DNA of 64,000 nucleotides. It comes from Dehalococcoidia bacterium. GTDB taxonomy: Bacteria; Chloroflexota; Dehalococcoidia; Lucifugimonadales; Lucifugimonadaceae. Both the position numbers and the translations under genes were made by a program. Within the stretch, counting starts at the first letter, position 1; each line of letters starts with the position of its first letter. Positions 26,267 to 37,032 of this stretch are shown here, piece after piece. The notes beneath the pieces are model-generated. The model saw only the letters and a program-made list of their open reading frames with translations, was not told where the DNA came from and did no database searches. Location of the stretch: the NCBI GenBank assembly GCA_022819585.1, contig JAJEGY010000014.1, forward strand, positions 20,969-84,968, in the 5' to 3' direction.

Positions 26267-27439
26267 CTATAGCGGATCGGTTCCGGCCGCTAGCACATCC
26301 ATATAGCGGTCGTATGCGAAGACGCGGTTTCGGGCATTGCCAGTGATCTCGCGGACGATACCGAGGTCGGCCAAGGTTCTGATGCCCGCGGTCGCCCCGG
26401 GACGGGAAAGTTGGGTTCGGTCAAGGATGTCGTTGATGCGGACATAGGGCTGTTCCATCAAGATGTCGTGGACTTGTAGGGCGGTAAAACGACGTCGGCC
26501 GGTCTGCTCGATGCGCTCGCGATCGTCGGCGAAGACGTTGGAGAGTTGGGCTGTGGAATCGGTTACCGCTTCAGCGGCGTCTTTGACGACCTCGAAGAAG
26601 AACCCGAGCCAGCCTTCCCAATCGCCTTCGAACCTGACCTCGTTTAGCAACTCGCCGTAGCGTAGGCGTTCACTTTTGAGGCGCAGGCTCAGATATAGCG
26701 TGGGCTCCAATAAAAGGCCTGATTGCAGCAGCATTAAGAGCACGATCATGCGTCCAACGCGCCCGTTGCCATCGCGGAATGGATGTATGGTTTCGAACTG
26801 CGCGTGGGCCGTGCCTGCCCGTACGAGAGGATGTATCATGCCCGAGCGCGGGGCTTCGCCACGGATGTAATCCAGCAGGTCGGCCATGCATGCGCTGACT
26901 CTACCGTGGGGCGGTGGTGTGAAGACAAGACGACCGCCAGGCGCGGTTATGTAGTTTTGTCGGTTGCGAAATTCGCCGGGCTGTTTGGAGCCGCCCCGTC
27001 CGCTTTGCAGAAGCCGCCGATGGATCTCTGTGATCATCGCGGTGTCTATCCGTGCGCCTTCCGCGAGTCGATCAGTGCTGTATTTGAGAGCGTTGAGATA
27101 GTTGACCGTTTCCTGGGCATCGTCAATCGGGACTTCATAGGGTTTTTGCCCCATTTCCAGCATCAGAAGTTCGGGGAGGCTGGACTGTGTCCCTTCGATC
27201 TGCGAGGAGAGGACCGCTTCCTTCCGCAGATAGCTGTAGATCAGCATGTCGGCATTGGGGAGATTCAACGACAACGCGTTCAATCCGCCAATCGCGGTTA
27301 AGGCATCGGCGAACTTCTCCAACAACTCGCCGGACATTTCGACTGGAGGATCGGGAGGCAACGGCTGGGGCACGAACGCGCTGACGCGGAGATCGCGGTC
27401 TCTGATGGTTTCATAAGAGCCGGTAGGGCCTCGACGCAT
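26267..27439 (-). CDS. Fic family protein (AMPylase-type, with N-terminal inhibitory helix motif and C-terminal wHTH)
   Basis: The Fic motif is HPFRDGNGRVGR and the S-x3-E-G inhibitory motif occurs in SSQIEGT. I set the start to ATG 27439, with GGAGG 11 nt upstream. The longest ORF starts at TTG 27457. Confidence 0.9.
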   Translation of the reverse strand: MRRGPTGSYETIRDRDLRVSAFVPQPLPPDPPVEMSGELLEKFADALTAIGGLNALSLNLPNADMLIYSYLRKEAVLSSQIEGTQSSLPELLMLEMGQKPYEVPIDDAQETVNYLNALKYSTDRLAEGARIDTAMITEIHRRLLQSGRGGSKQPGEFRNRQNYITAPGGRLVFTPPPHGRVSACMADLLDYIRGEAPRSGMIHPLVRAGTAHAQFETIHPFRDGNGRVGRMIVLLMLLQSGLLLEPTLYLSLRLKSERLRYGELLNEVRFEGDWEGWLGFFFEVVKDAAEAVTDSTAQLSNVFADDRERIEQTGRRRFTALQVHDILMEQPYVRINDILDRTQLSRPGATAGIRTLADLGIVREITGNARNRVFAYDRYMDVLAAGTDPL

Positions 27440-27464
27440 GGCGAGATAAACCTCCAAGAGTGCA

Positions 27465-27574
27465 TAAATCTTCGCAGGGGATTATTACGAAGCGATTCGG
27501 GGTTAAGTATTATTATAACAGTTGCGAAGCGATTCGGGGTTAACTCTTCTTAAGGATTTCTTACGAAGATTTAG
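27465..27574. repeat. Family-2 palindromic element, copy F2 (upstream flank of the Fic gene, with internal duplication)
   Basis: The terminal inverted repeat pairs taaatcttcg (27465-27474) with cgaagattta (27564-27573). cgaagcgattcggggttaa occurs twice (27488 and 27524). The 3' part is near-identical to F1. Confidence 0.8.
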
Positions 27575-28015
27575 AGGCGGGGATAGGCATCAATCCAAGT
27601 TCTGCCAAGCTATGTGCGACGAATTCGACGTCAGGTTGATGCATGAGTATTCGCAGCGGGTAGTCTTTGATTGAGCCTTGCAGCCACTCTTCGAATGCGA
27701 TGACCACGACGCGCTCGAGGTTTCGGCCCATCGCGTATCCGAACTCGATCGCGGCGTTGGTTGAGAGGTCCGGTGTAGGACGTGGAGTTCGTCGCTGCAG
27801 TCCAATTTCGCCCAGCTACGGTCTCGGATGACCATGAGGTCGCCTTCGGTCTGACGAGGGCCGTTCGCCCAGCGTCGGTCGTATTCGATGGCGGGGCAGA
27901 AGACGTCTTTGTCGGTTAATTCGTTTTCGATGTACCGCTCGCACCAACGGACAATCGTTCGGCGGTCCGCCTCTGAGACGCTGGTTATTGGTGTTGCTAG
28001 GTAGACACGTTTCAC
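27561..28015 (-). pseudogene. Frameshifted nucleoside 2-deoxyribosyltransferase-like / DUF4406-like gene
   Basis: Frame 1 reads VKRVYLATPITSV...DCSDELHVL, with a GTG start overlapping the CoA-transferase stop as GTGA. It continues in another frame as TPDLSTNAAIEFGYAMGRNLERVVVIAFEEW...IPASKSS*. The span is 455 nt (not a multiple of 3), with the junction near 27770-27785. Confidence 0.55.
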
Positions 28016-29331
28016 TCTACGACCGCCGCTATCTCTTCCTCTGTCATTCCAGCTTCTCGGAGGACCTCCCAGTTGTGTTCGCCTAGGGCTGGGGAGGGTT
28101 TGAGGTCGGGCATTCCGTTGGTGAAGTTCAGGATGGGGCCGGAGGTCCGGTAGCGGTGCCCGGTGTGGTGTTCGAGTTCGATGATGTAGTTGTTGGCGAC
28201 GGCTTGCTCGTCCCAGACGAGATCTTCGCTGAAGCGGATGGGGCCGCAGGGGATGTCTTTGGCGTTTAGCTCTTCGACCCACTCGGCTGTGGTCTTGGAG
28301 TCGAAGATCTCCTCAAAGGTCTTGACCATGTCTTCGGCGAGTTTCTCGGCTTCGGGGGAGCTGTGGTCGAAGTCAGGGTCTGTGACCCGGGGGTCTTCCA
28401 AGTTGAGGTGGTTGAGCAATCGTGCTCGCGCGGCCCAGTCGAGGGTGCCGAGGCATAGGCCACCGTCTTTGGTTCGGTAGGCGCGGTAGTAGCAGCGGTA
28501 GATGGCGGGTCGGACGACGTTTTGGTAGTCGTGCTGGATCTCCTGGTAGCTTTTGCCTTCGGCGATGAGTTGCGGGTATCGCTCCTGGTACCAGGTCATG
28601 GATGGCGTGGGTGCATCGAGCATGTGCATGATCCTCATGCACTGCATGGCTAGGGCGTTCATCATCAGGCTGGTCTCGACCTTTTGGCCCTTGCCGCTGT
28701 CGCCTCTGCCGATGATTCCTGCCATGACGCCTGCGGCGGCGCAGTAAGCGGAAGAGAGATCGATGTATGAGGATGACCAGACGACTTCGGGTTGACCACC
28801 GGGGTTGATTTTGCCCTCGGAGGTTACGGCACCAGTGAAGCCTTGCATCACCAGATCGAAGCCGGGAGCGCCACCGAGAGGGCCTTTCATGCCGTATGCG
28901 GTGACCTCGACGTAGACGATGGCGGGGTTAATTGCGGAGAGCGAATCGTAGTCGATGCCAAGGGCTTTTGCGGTGTCGGGACGGTTATTTGAGATGACGC
29001 CGTCGGACATCTTAACGATCTTCTCAAGGGCTTTTTGGCCTTTATCGTCCTTAAGGTTGAGTGTGACGCTTTTGACGCCACGGTTGAGTGGTAGGAAGGT
29101 GCGGCTCTCGTAAGGTGCGAAGGGTTGTGAAACTCGCCACGGGTCGCCGGTGGGAGGCTCGATCTTGATGACCTCAGCGCCCATGTCGGCGAGGATCTGT
29201 CCGGCGAATGGACCGGCGACGAAGTTTCCGAATTCGATCACCTTGATGCCTTCGAGCGGTCCTTTTTGGTGGACGCCGTTGTCTTGTGCGCCGTTTTCTT
29301 GGGCACCGTTTTGGGATGCGTTCTCGGTCAT
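28012..29331 (-). CDS. Family III CoA-transferase (CaiB/BaiF family)
   Basis: The N-terminal block is GPLEGIKVIEFGNFVAGPFAGQILADMGAEVIKIEPPTGDPWR. I set the start to ATG 29331 (MTENASQ). The 616-aa ORF upstream part is R/P-rich and non-coding in character. Confidence 0.9.
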   Translation of the reverse strand: MTENASQNGAQENGAQDNGVHQKGPLEGIKVIEFGNFVAGPFAGQILADMGAEVIKIEPPTGDPWRVSQPFAPYESRTFLPLNRGVKSVTLNLKDDKGQKALEKIVKMSDGVISNNRPDTAKALGIDYDSLSAINPAIVYVEVTAYGMKGPLGGAPGFDLVMQGFTGAVTSEGKINPGGQPEVVWSSSYIDLSSAYCAAAGVMAGIIGRGDSGKGQKVETSLMMNALAMQCMRIMHMLDAPTPSMTWYQERYPQLIAEGKSYQEIQHDYQNVVRPAIYRCYYRAYRTKDGGLCLGTLDWAARARLLNHLNLEDPRVTDPDFDHSSPEAEKLAEDMVKTFEEIFDSKTTAEWVEELNAKDIPCGPIRFSEDLVWDEQAVANNYIIELEHHTGHRYRTSGPILNFTNGMPDLKPSPALGEHNWEVLREAGMTEEEIAAVVE

Positions 29332-29481
29332 GGTGATTTGGAATATAACACTGGATGTGACGATCGGTTGCCTTTCGTGGCTTACACCGTTATGTTTCGA
29401 ACCGCTATCGTCAATGTCGTAACATGCGAATCGTTGCTTAGAACCTCGATTGATTGGAGGCATGTCTTGTATACGACTGAT

Positions 29482-30222
29482 ATGTATGAGGGGATGATTG
29501 CGGAGACGATCACTGTGGGGACGTCTGATGGGACTGCGATCAACGCTTATTTTGCGCGTCCGTTGGGGCCGGGTCCTCACCCCGGGATGGTGCTGGCGCA
29601 TCATATGCCTGGTTGGGATGAGTGGTATCGGGAATGCGCGCGGAAGTTTGCGCATCATGGGTACGCGACGATTTCGCCGGACTTGTATCACCGCAGCGGC
29701 CATGCGTCTCCTGAGGATGTGGCCGCGCATGTGCGTTCTGAAGGCGGAGTTCCCGATGATCAGGTCGTGGGGGACCTTGAGGCGTCTATGAAGTTCCTGA
29801 GGTCGCTGCCCAACTCCAATGGCAAGGTCGGCGCTTTTGGGACTTGCTCGGGGGGACGTCATGTGCTGTTGGCGGCTTCGCGGGTTGGGGGATTCGATGC
29901 GGTTGTCGATTGCTGGGGAGGGAGGGTTGTGATGGATGAATCGGAGATCACTGAAAACTGTCCGGTGGCGCCGGTCGACTACACGGCGGACCTTTCATGT
30001 CCGGTTCTAGGTCTCTTCGGAGAGGAAGACGGGAGTCCCTCGCCGGATCAGGTGGCGATTCACGAAGCGGCGCTTAAGAAGCACGGCAAGGAGTATGAGT
30101 TTCATATGTACGCCGGTGCTGGACACGGGTTTTTCTACCACGACCGATCGGCGTACCGTCAGGAGCAGGCGGTGGATGGTTGGCAGAAGACTTTCGCGTT
30201 TTTGAGCAGGCATCTCTCGTAG
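29482..30222 (+). CDS. Dienelactone hydrolase family protein
   Basis: The nucleophile block is FGTCSGGRH (G-x-C-x-G-G) and the C-terminus has YAGAGHGF. I set the start to ATG 29482 (MYEGMIAE). Confidence 0.85.
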   Translation: MYEGMIAETITVGTSDGTAINAYFARPLGPGPHPGMVLAHHMPGWDEWYRECARKFAHHGYATISPDLYHRSGHASPEDVAAHVRSEGGVPDDQVVGDLEASMKFLRSLPNSNGKVGAFGTCSGGRHVLLAASRVGGFDAVVDCWGGRVVMDESEITENCPVAPVDYTADLSCPVLGLFGEEDGSPSPDQVAIHEAALKKHGKEYEFHMYAGAGHGFFYHDRSAYRQEQAVDGWQKTFAFLSRHLS

Positions 30223-30262
30223 GCCTAATGTCGATGTCCGTCAAATCGCAGGAGAACACGCT

Positions 30263-30535
30263 ATGTGCACAATGATTGCTGAGAAGGCCGCTGTGACTGG
30301 CAGCGGGAAAGGAACGCCCGGTTGGATCGAGGTCGATCAGGTGGCGGTGTCGTATGACCACCCCAGCCACATGACGATGGAGCATGCGCTGAACATCGAC
30401 TTCACAGATACGTCGCAAGGGCTGGGCGCGAGGGTTGCGGTCGAGCTGACGCCTCAGTCGGCGCAGCGTCTGGTGGCGTTGATCAATGATGCTCTTGAAC
30501 GGGGTGCTGCAGTGGACCCGGTGGCGTTCGAGTAG
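30263..30535 (+). CDS. Small conserved hypothetical protein (resembles the actinobacterial DUF6295 family from memory)
   Basis: 90 aa with an AGGAGA RBS 8 nt upstream. The pattern is MC...VTGSGKG..GW...V..DHP.H...EH.LNIDF. Confidence 0.6.
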   Translation: MCTMIAEKAAVTGSGKGTPGWIEVDQVAVSYDHPSHMTMEHALNIDFTDTSQGLGARVAVELTPQSAQRLVALINDALERGAAVDPVAFE

Positions 30536-30597
30536 GTGCGTCATCTAGCCCGCAGGCGTTTGTCCGCACAGGGGTCTTAGAATATGAGCATCGCGTT

Positions 30598-32721
30598 TTG
30601 GTGGAGATTTATGGAATGTTTAGCTTTCTCAAGCCACAGGACAACCTGACGGATGCTGACCGAGAGCATGGTCTCTCGGTGATGAGCAAGCAGACATTCG
30701 CGGCAGCGGGTGCGGATGGTTTCGTTTCGGCCGGGTTCCTTTCGGCGTTCGCGTTGCTGATCGGGGCTTCGAATCTGCACATCGGGATCTTGACTGCGAT
30801 CCCATTCGTGTCGCAGGCGCTTCAAATCGTCGCAGTGGTGGCGATCGAACGAGTCCGTATGCGGAAAGCGGTGGTAGTGGTCGGTTATCTGATTGCGTAT
30901 TCGACTTGGGCTCCGGTGGCATTGATTCCATTCATCTTGGACGTGCCGCACGCGGGTGCGGTGACACTGCTATTGGTTTTCGTTGCGATACGTGGTGTCG
31001 CCACGTCGTTCGTGGTGACAGGCTGGAACAGCTGGTTGCGAGACATAATCCCTGTTGCTACTGCCGGTAATTTCTTCGGTCAGCGGTTGAGGCGAGCAAC
31101 GATCGCGGCGATCATCACAGGTCTAGGAGCCGCGATTTTCGTGGACTGGTGGAAAGGATTTGCCGATCCGGCGGATGAAGTTGTCGGGTACTCGATTGCG
31201 TTTCTATTCGGATCGGTGATTTTGGGTTACAGTGCCGTTGTATTCATGTCACGGATACCTGAACCTCGGATGGTGAGCGTATCGTCGAACTCGGTGGGTG
31301 GGATGTTGAAGAATCTGTCGGATCCGTTCACCAACTCTGACTTTAGGAAGTTCATTAACTTCCTGTTCGTGTTCTATTTCGTGATCAACCTAGCGGTCCC
31401 CTTCTTCGCGGTATACATGCTCCAGCGATTGGATCTGCCGCTATCGCTAGTCGTCGGCTTAGGGGTGCTGAGCCAGGTCAGCAGTGTGATCTTTTACCAG
31501 GTTTGGGGCAATTGGGCGGACCGATTCGGTAGCAAAGTGATTTTGTCAATCTCGGCATCGCTTTACTTCTTGGTGATAATCGGATGGACATTCACGACTT
31601 TGCCCGAACGGCATGCGGGGACGATACCGATCTTGGTGTTCATGCATCTACTGTTAGGTGTAGCGATTGCCGGGGTGAATATCGGGGTGACGTCGCTGCG
31701 GATGAAGATGGCGCCGGCAGGACAGGCGACTTCATACATGGCCGCGGCATCTTTGGCATTAAACCTGGGTGCTGGTTCAGCGCCGTTGATCGGTGGTGCA
31801 TTTGCGGATTTTTTCGATACCCGGAGTTTCAGGATCGAGGTTCAGTGGATCGACCCGTCAAATGTTGTTGAGCTGCCTGCGTTCTCGTTGACTGGTTTCG
31901 ATTTCCTCTTCGCCGTTGCGTTTTTGCTAGGATTCGCGGTGATACCGGTGCTGTCAAAGATTCCAGAAGCGGGTGAGACAGATACGGAAACGGTGCTAGA
32001 GGAATTGAGGTTGCAGACGCGCGAAAACCTGAGAGGGTTGGGCGCAGTACCGGGCGGAGGAGCCGTCTCCAACCTATCCGTATCCACGATGCGATACGCG
32101 CCTAGGGTTTCGGGGTTGGATATAGCGGTGGGTGTCACGGCGTATCAGATCTCGGCGGCGACAAAGTCGTTGATCGATGCGACGACGCTCGGAGGAACAA
32201 CTCTCCGCGGCGTGCGTGGTCATGTTAGAGACGCCGTGAGGAATGCATCACAAGGAGCGCGCGATGCCAGCTCGCAGGGCGCGCAGATCGCGTTCGGTGT
32301 CACAAATGGTGCGGTCAAGTCGATTGCCGAGGCAGGAACGGGGAGCGCTCGGCAGTTCAGAACAGCACTGCGGACAGCGATCACAGCAACCAACGAAGTG
32401 GCTGGCAATCCGCGTGAAGTGCTAGCCGGAGCAGTAAGAGGGGCTGTGGCGGGGACTATCGAATCTGGCTACACAGACGTCGATTTACCTCGGGCGGTCA
32501 TCAGACAGGCGAGGATAGTCGCGCCGGACTTGGGCGTTACTGAAGATGAAGCGGTGAGGGTAGCGGCGAGCGCGGTGGTCGAAGCGATGAGCGACATGCC
32601 CGTATACGAACAGGCCCAAGCATGGGACACGATATTGCGGGAGCTGGTCACGGATGGAGGACGGGGTCAAGATGGTCTTGACGACGCAAACGAGACCCCG
32701 AACTCGGTGCAATCCGCGTAG
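30598..32721 (+). CDS. MFS transporter with a roughly 250-aa C-terminal soluble extension
   Basis: 707 aa, with about 12 hydrophobic segments over the first roughly 450 residues followed by an A/G/R/V-rich helical tail. The start is uncertain (TTG 30598, GTG 30601 or ATG 30616). Confidence 0.8.
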   Translation: MVEIYGMFSFLKPQDNLTDADREHGLSVMSKQTFAAAGADGFVSAGFLSAFALLIGASNLHIGILTAIPFVSQALQIVAVVAIERVRMRKAVVVVGYLIAYSTWAPVALIPFILDVPHAGAVTLLLVFVAIRGVATSFVVTGWNSWLRDIIPVATAGNFFGQRLRRATIAAIITGLGAAIFVDWWKGFADPADEVVGYSIAFLFGSVILGYSAVVFMSRIPEPRMVSVSSNSVGGMLKNLSDPFTNSDFRKFINFLFVFYFVINLAVPFFAVYMLQRLDLPLSLVVGLGVLSQVSSVIFYQVWGNWADRFGSKVILSISASLYFLVIIGWTFTTLPERHAGTIPILVFMHLLLGVAIAGVNIGVTSLRMKMAPAGQATSYMAAASLALNLGAGSAPLIGGAFADFFDTRSFRIEVQWIDPSNVVELPAFSLTGFDFLFAVAFLLGFAVIPVLSKIPEAGETDTETVLEELRLQTRENLRGLGAVPGGGAVSNLSVSTMRYAPRVSGLDIAVGVTAYQISAATKSLIDATTLGGTTLRGVRGHVRDAVRNASQGARDASSQGAQIAFGVTNGAVKSIAEAGTGSARQFRTALRTAITATNEVAGNPREVLAGAVRGAVAGTIESGYTDVDLPRAVIRQARIVAPDLGVTEDEAVRVAASAVVEAMSDMPVYEQAQAWDTILRELVTDGGRGQDGLDDANETPNSVQSA

Positions 32722-32740
32722 ATTGGGAAAATCGGAGCCT

Positions 32741-32767
32741 GAATCCAGTTTGATTGCAACTGGATTC
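32741..32767 (+). terminator. Hairpin after the MFS gene (possible terminator, no U-tract)
   Basis: A 10-bp perfect stem gaatccagtt / aactggattc encloses a 7-nt loop. Confidence 0.3.
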
Positions 32768-32825
32768 GAGACTTTGGCACCCCGAACTGGTATCATTGAA
32801 ATATCGACGATTCTATCCTTACATC

Positions 32826-32854
32826 TACGCGCGCGTATACGCGCGTGCGCGCGC
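32826..32854. repeat. 29-nt perfectly alternating pyrimidine-purine tract with a 16-bp palindrome, upstream of gyrB
   Basis: The tract is tacgcgcgcgtatacgcgcgtgcgcgcgc. The palindrome cgcgcgtatacgcgcg lies at 32830-32845, about 104-132 nt upstream of the gyrB ATG. Confidence 0.9.
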
Positions 32855-32927
32855 CATTGCGATCATGGCGCTGTCTGGATCGGTCAAAACTGATCGTTTC
32901 GGGCACCGGCGAGATGTCAGGTTCTGA

Positions 32928-35498
<2,571 letters not shown>

Positions 35499-35824
35499 GT
35501 AGTACTAGATAAGTACTCCTAAATACTCAATTTCTAAGTAACAACAAAAAGACCGTCGACTTTGTCAGGAAGTTCGGTTAAGCGGTGTTTTCTGAACTGA
35601 GAACGGTGCTTTCCTATTGAATGTGATGATGTCAAGATCGCGTTGGTTCAGTGTCAATAGATTTGTTGCTGGGATGACGGGAGGCCTGTCTGATGGCATC
35701 TAGCCGCGGTGACATTGGTTTGTTGACAATCTGTCGCGCTTGAATCGCGAAGATGTTGACGAGTGCAATACTGGTTTAGGCCTTCTCCAAGGGTCAGGGT
35801 TGGACGCAGGCCTTGAGTTGCCGG

Positions 35825-36424
35825 CTACCCAAACCAGCTCTGCAGGGTGGCTGTGTCGACTTCAACCCGACCATCCGAACTGCTCCTGAGGATGCTGAAC
35901 AGTGGAAGCGATCTATCCCTCAGTTTGTCTCCGCCGCCCTGATTCCGATCCAAGATACATAAGGCGACGTCAATGTCAGCTGGCAACTCAGCAACGGCAT
36001 CAACAGCATTAAGGAGCGAGCCACCAGTTGAGATCGTGTCGTCCCAGATGGCCACTCGGTCGCCCGGGTTGATGTGGCCTTCGATCTGCTTGCCCATCCC
36101 GTGCTGCTTCTGCTCGGAACGGACGAAGTAGCCCTTGATGTCGTGTCCCTTGGTGTAGGCCGACAGCGCAATGCCGCCGATTATCGGGACCGCGGCGACT
36201 GCTGGCCCACCAAAGCGGTAGATGCCGCGTCGTATCAAGATATCGACGAATAAATCAGCGATGATCCCCACGCTCTCGCCATCAGTGGTCAGAAGCCGTC
36301 CGTCGAAGTAGTAGCTTGACTTGGCGCCGGATGTGAGAGTGAAGTCGCCGTATCGCAGGGCTTCCAGTTCCAAAGCACGCTCAAGAAGGCGCTCGGCTTT
36401 GGCTATTGCTTTTGTGGAATGCAT
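35825..36424 (-). CDS. pyrE: Orotate phosphoribosyltransferase
   Basis: 199 aa. Blocks are GDFTLTSGAKSSYYFDGR and the PRPP-binding motif VAIWDDTISTGGSL. Confidence 0.85.
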   Translation of the reverse strand: MHSTKAIAKAERLLERALELEALRYGDFTLTSGAKSSYYFDGRLLTTDGESVGIIADLFVDILIRRGIYRFGGPAVAAVPIIGGIALSAYTKGHDIKGYFVRSEQKQHGMGKQIEGHINPGDRVAIWDDTISTGGSLLNAVDAVAELPADIDVALCILDRNQGGGDKLRDRSLPLFSILRSSSDGRVEVDTATLQSWFG

Positions 36425-37032
36425 CGGTAGAGTCTGTTTTCGATGATAAATCTGTGTGTCATCGGTGGGACGCGATCTTCCGCCGCGGTCAATTCGCCAT
36501 CGGCGTACAAGCGCCTTATCTCCGAACTGCTGACATTGATCATTGGCCCGCGGATCGTGATCGTCCAGGGTGGGGGCGTGGGTCGCGTCTCTGCCAAAGC
36601 GCCGGGCCGTTCAACGATGGCGATTGTGCATTCTTCCAGCAACTCTTCGTGTCGATGCCAGCGGTGCAACGTTGAGGCAGCGTCTGCGCCGACAGCGAGA
36701 ATGAATTCGCTGTGCGGACTGTAGATGTTGCTCAGGTCTCGAATCGTGTCAAGCGAGTATGTGGTTCCCTGCCGTACCACGTCGACATCAGAAACCTCGA
36801 TACGATCCTCGCCCTCGGTCGCCAAGGCCACCATCTGCAGGCGGTCCTGGGCAGAAGCGAGCGGGGGGCCTTCGCGGAGCCAAGGTTGACCAGCCGGGAC
36901 CATCAGCACTATATCTGCGCTCAACTCGTCGCGCAGGCACCGGGCTATTGCGATGTGGCCGTTGTGGATCGGATCGAAGGTGCCGCCGAATACGACGATT
37001 CGGCTTTTGCCGGGCCGATCGCTCACTGCCAC
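36403..37032 (-). CDS. nadD: Nicotinate-nucleotide adenylyltransferase
   Basis: 209 aa. It has GGTFDPIHNGH (the (H/T)xGH motif) and the late block SSSEIR. Confidence 0.9.
   Translation of the reverse strand: MAVSDRPGKSRIVVFGGTFDPIHNGHIAIARCLRDELSADIVLMVPAGQPWLREGPPLASAQDRLQMVALATEGEDRIEVSDVDVVRQGTTYSLDTIRDLSNIYSPHSEFILAVGADAASTLHRWHRHEELLEECTIAIVERPGALAETRPTPPPWTITIRGPMINVSSSEIRRLYADGELTAAEDRVPPMTHRFIIENRLYRCIPQKQ

Noticed and set aside
26179-27574. Integron cassette (attC-flanked Fic gene)
   Set aside because: There is no intI integrase or attI in the window. I could not recognise the R''/R' (RYYYAAC / GTTRRRY) boxes, and neighbouring genes are not arranged as a co-oriented cassette array. 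I kept it only as a cassette-like repeat observation.
27590-28282. 230-aa minus-strand ORF
   Set aside because: It is a chimeric reading. Its 5' part is a shadow frame inside the CoA-transferase gene, and its 3' part is the out-of-frame continuation of the frameshifted NDT-like gene. I replaced it with the pseudogene call at 27561-28015.
29332-29862. N-terminal 177 residues of the 616-aa ORF containing the family III CoA-transferase
   Set aside because: The extension is R/P-rich and overlaps the divergent dienelactone hydrolase gene. The conserved CaiB N-terminus begins just after ATG 29331.
35499-35824. Replication origin next to gyrB
   Set aside because: I found no TTATCCACA-like DnaA boxes and no dnaA or dnaN nearby. 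The AT-rich part is only about 60 nt.
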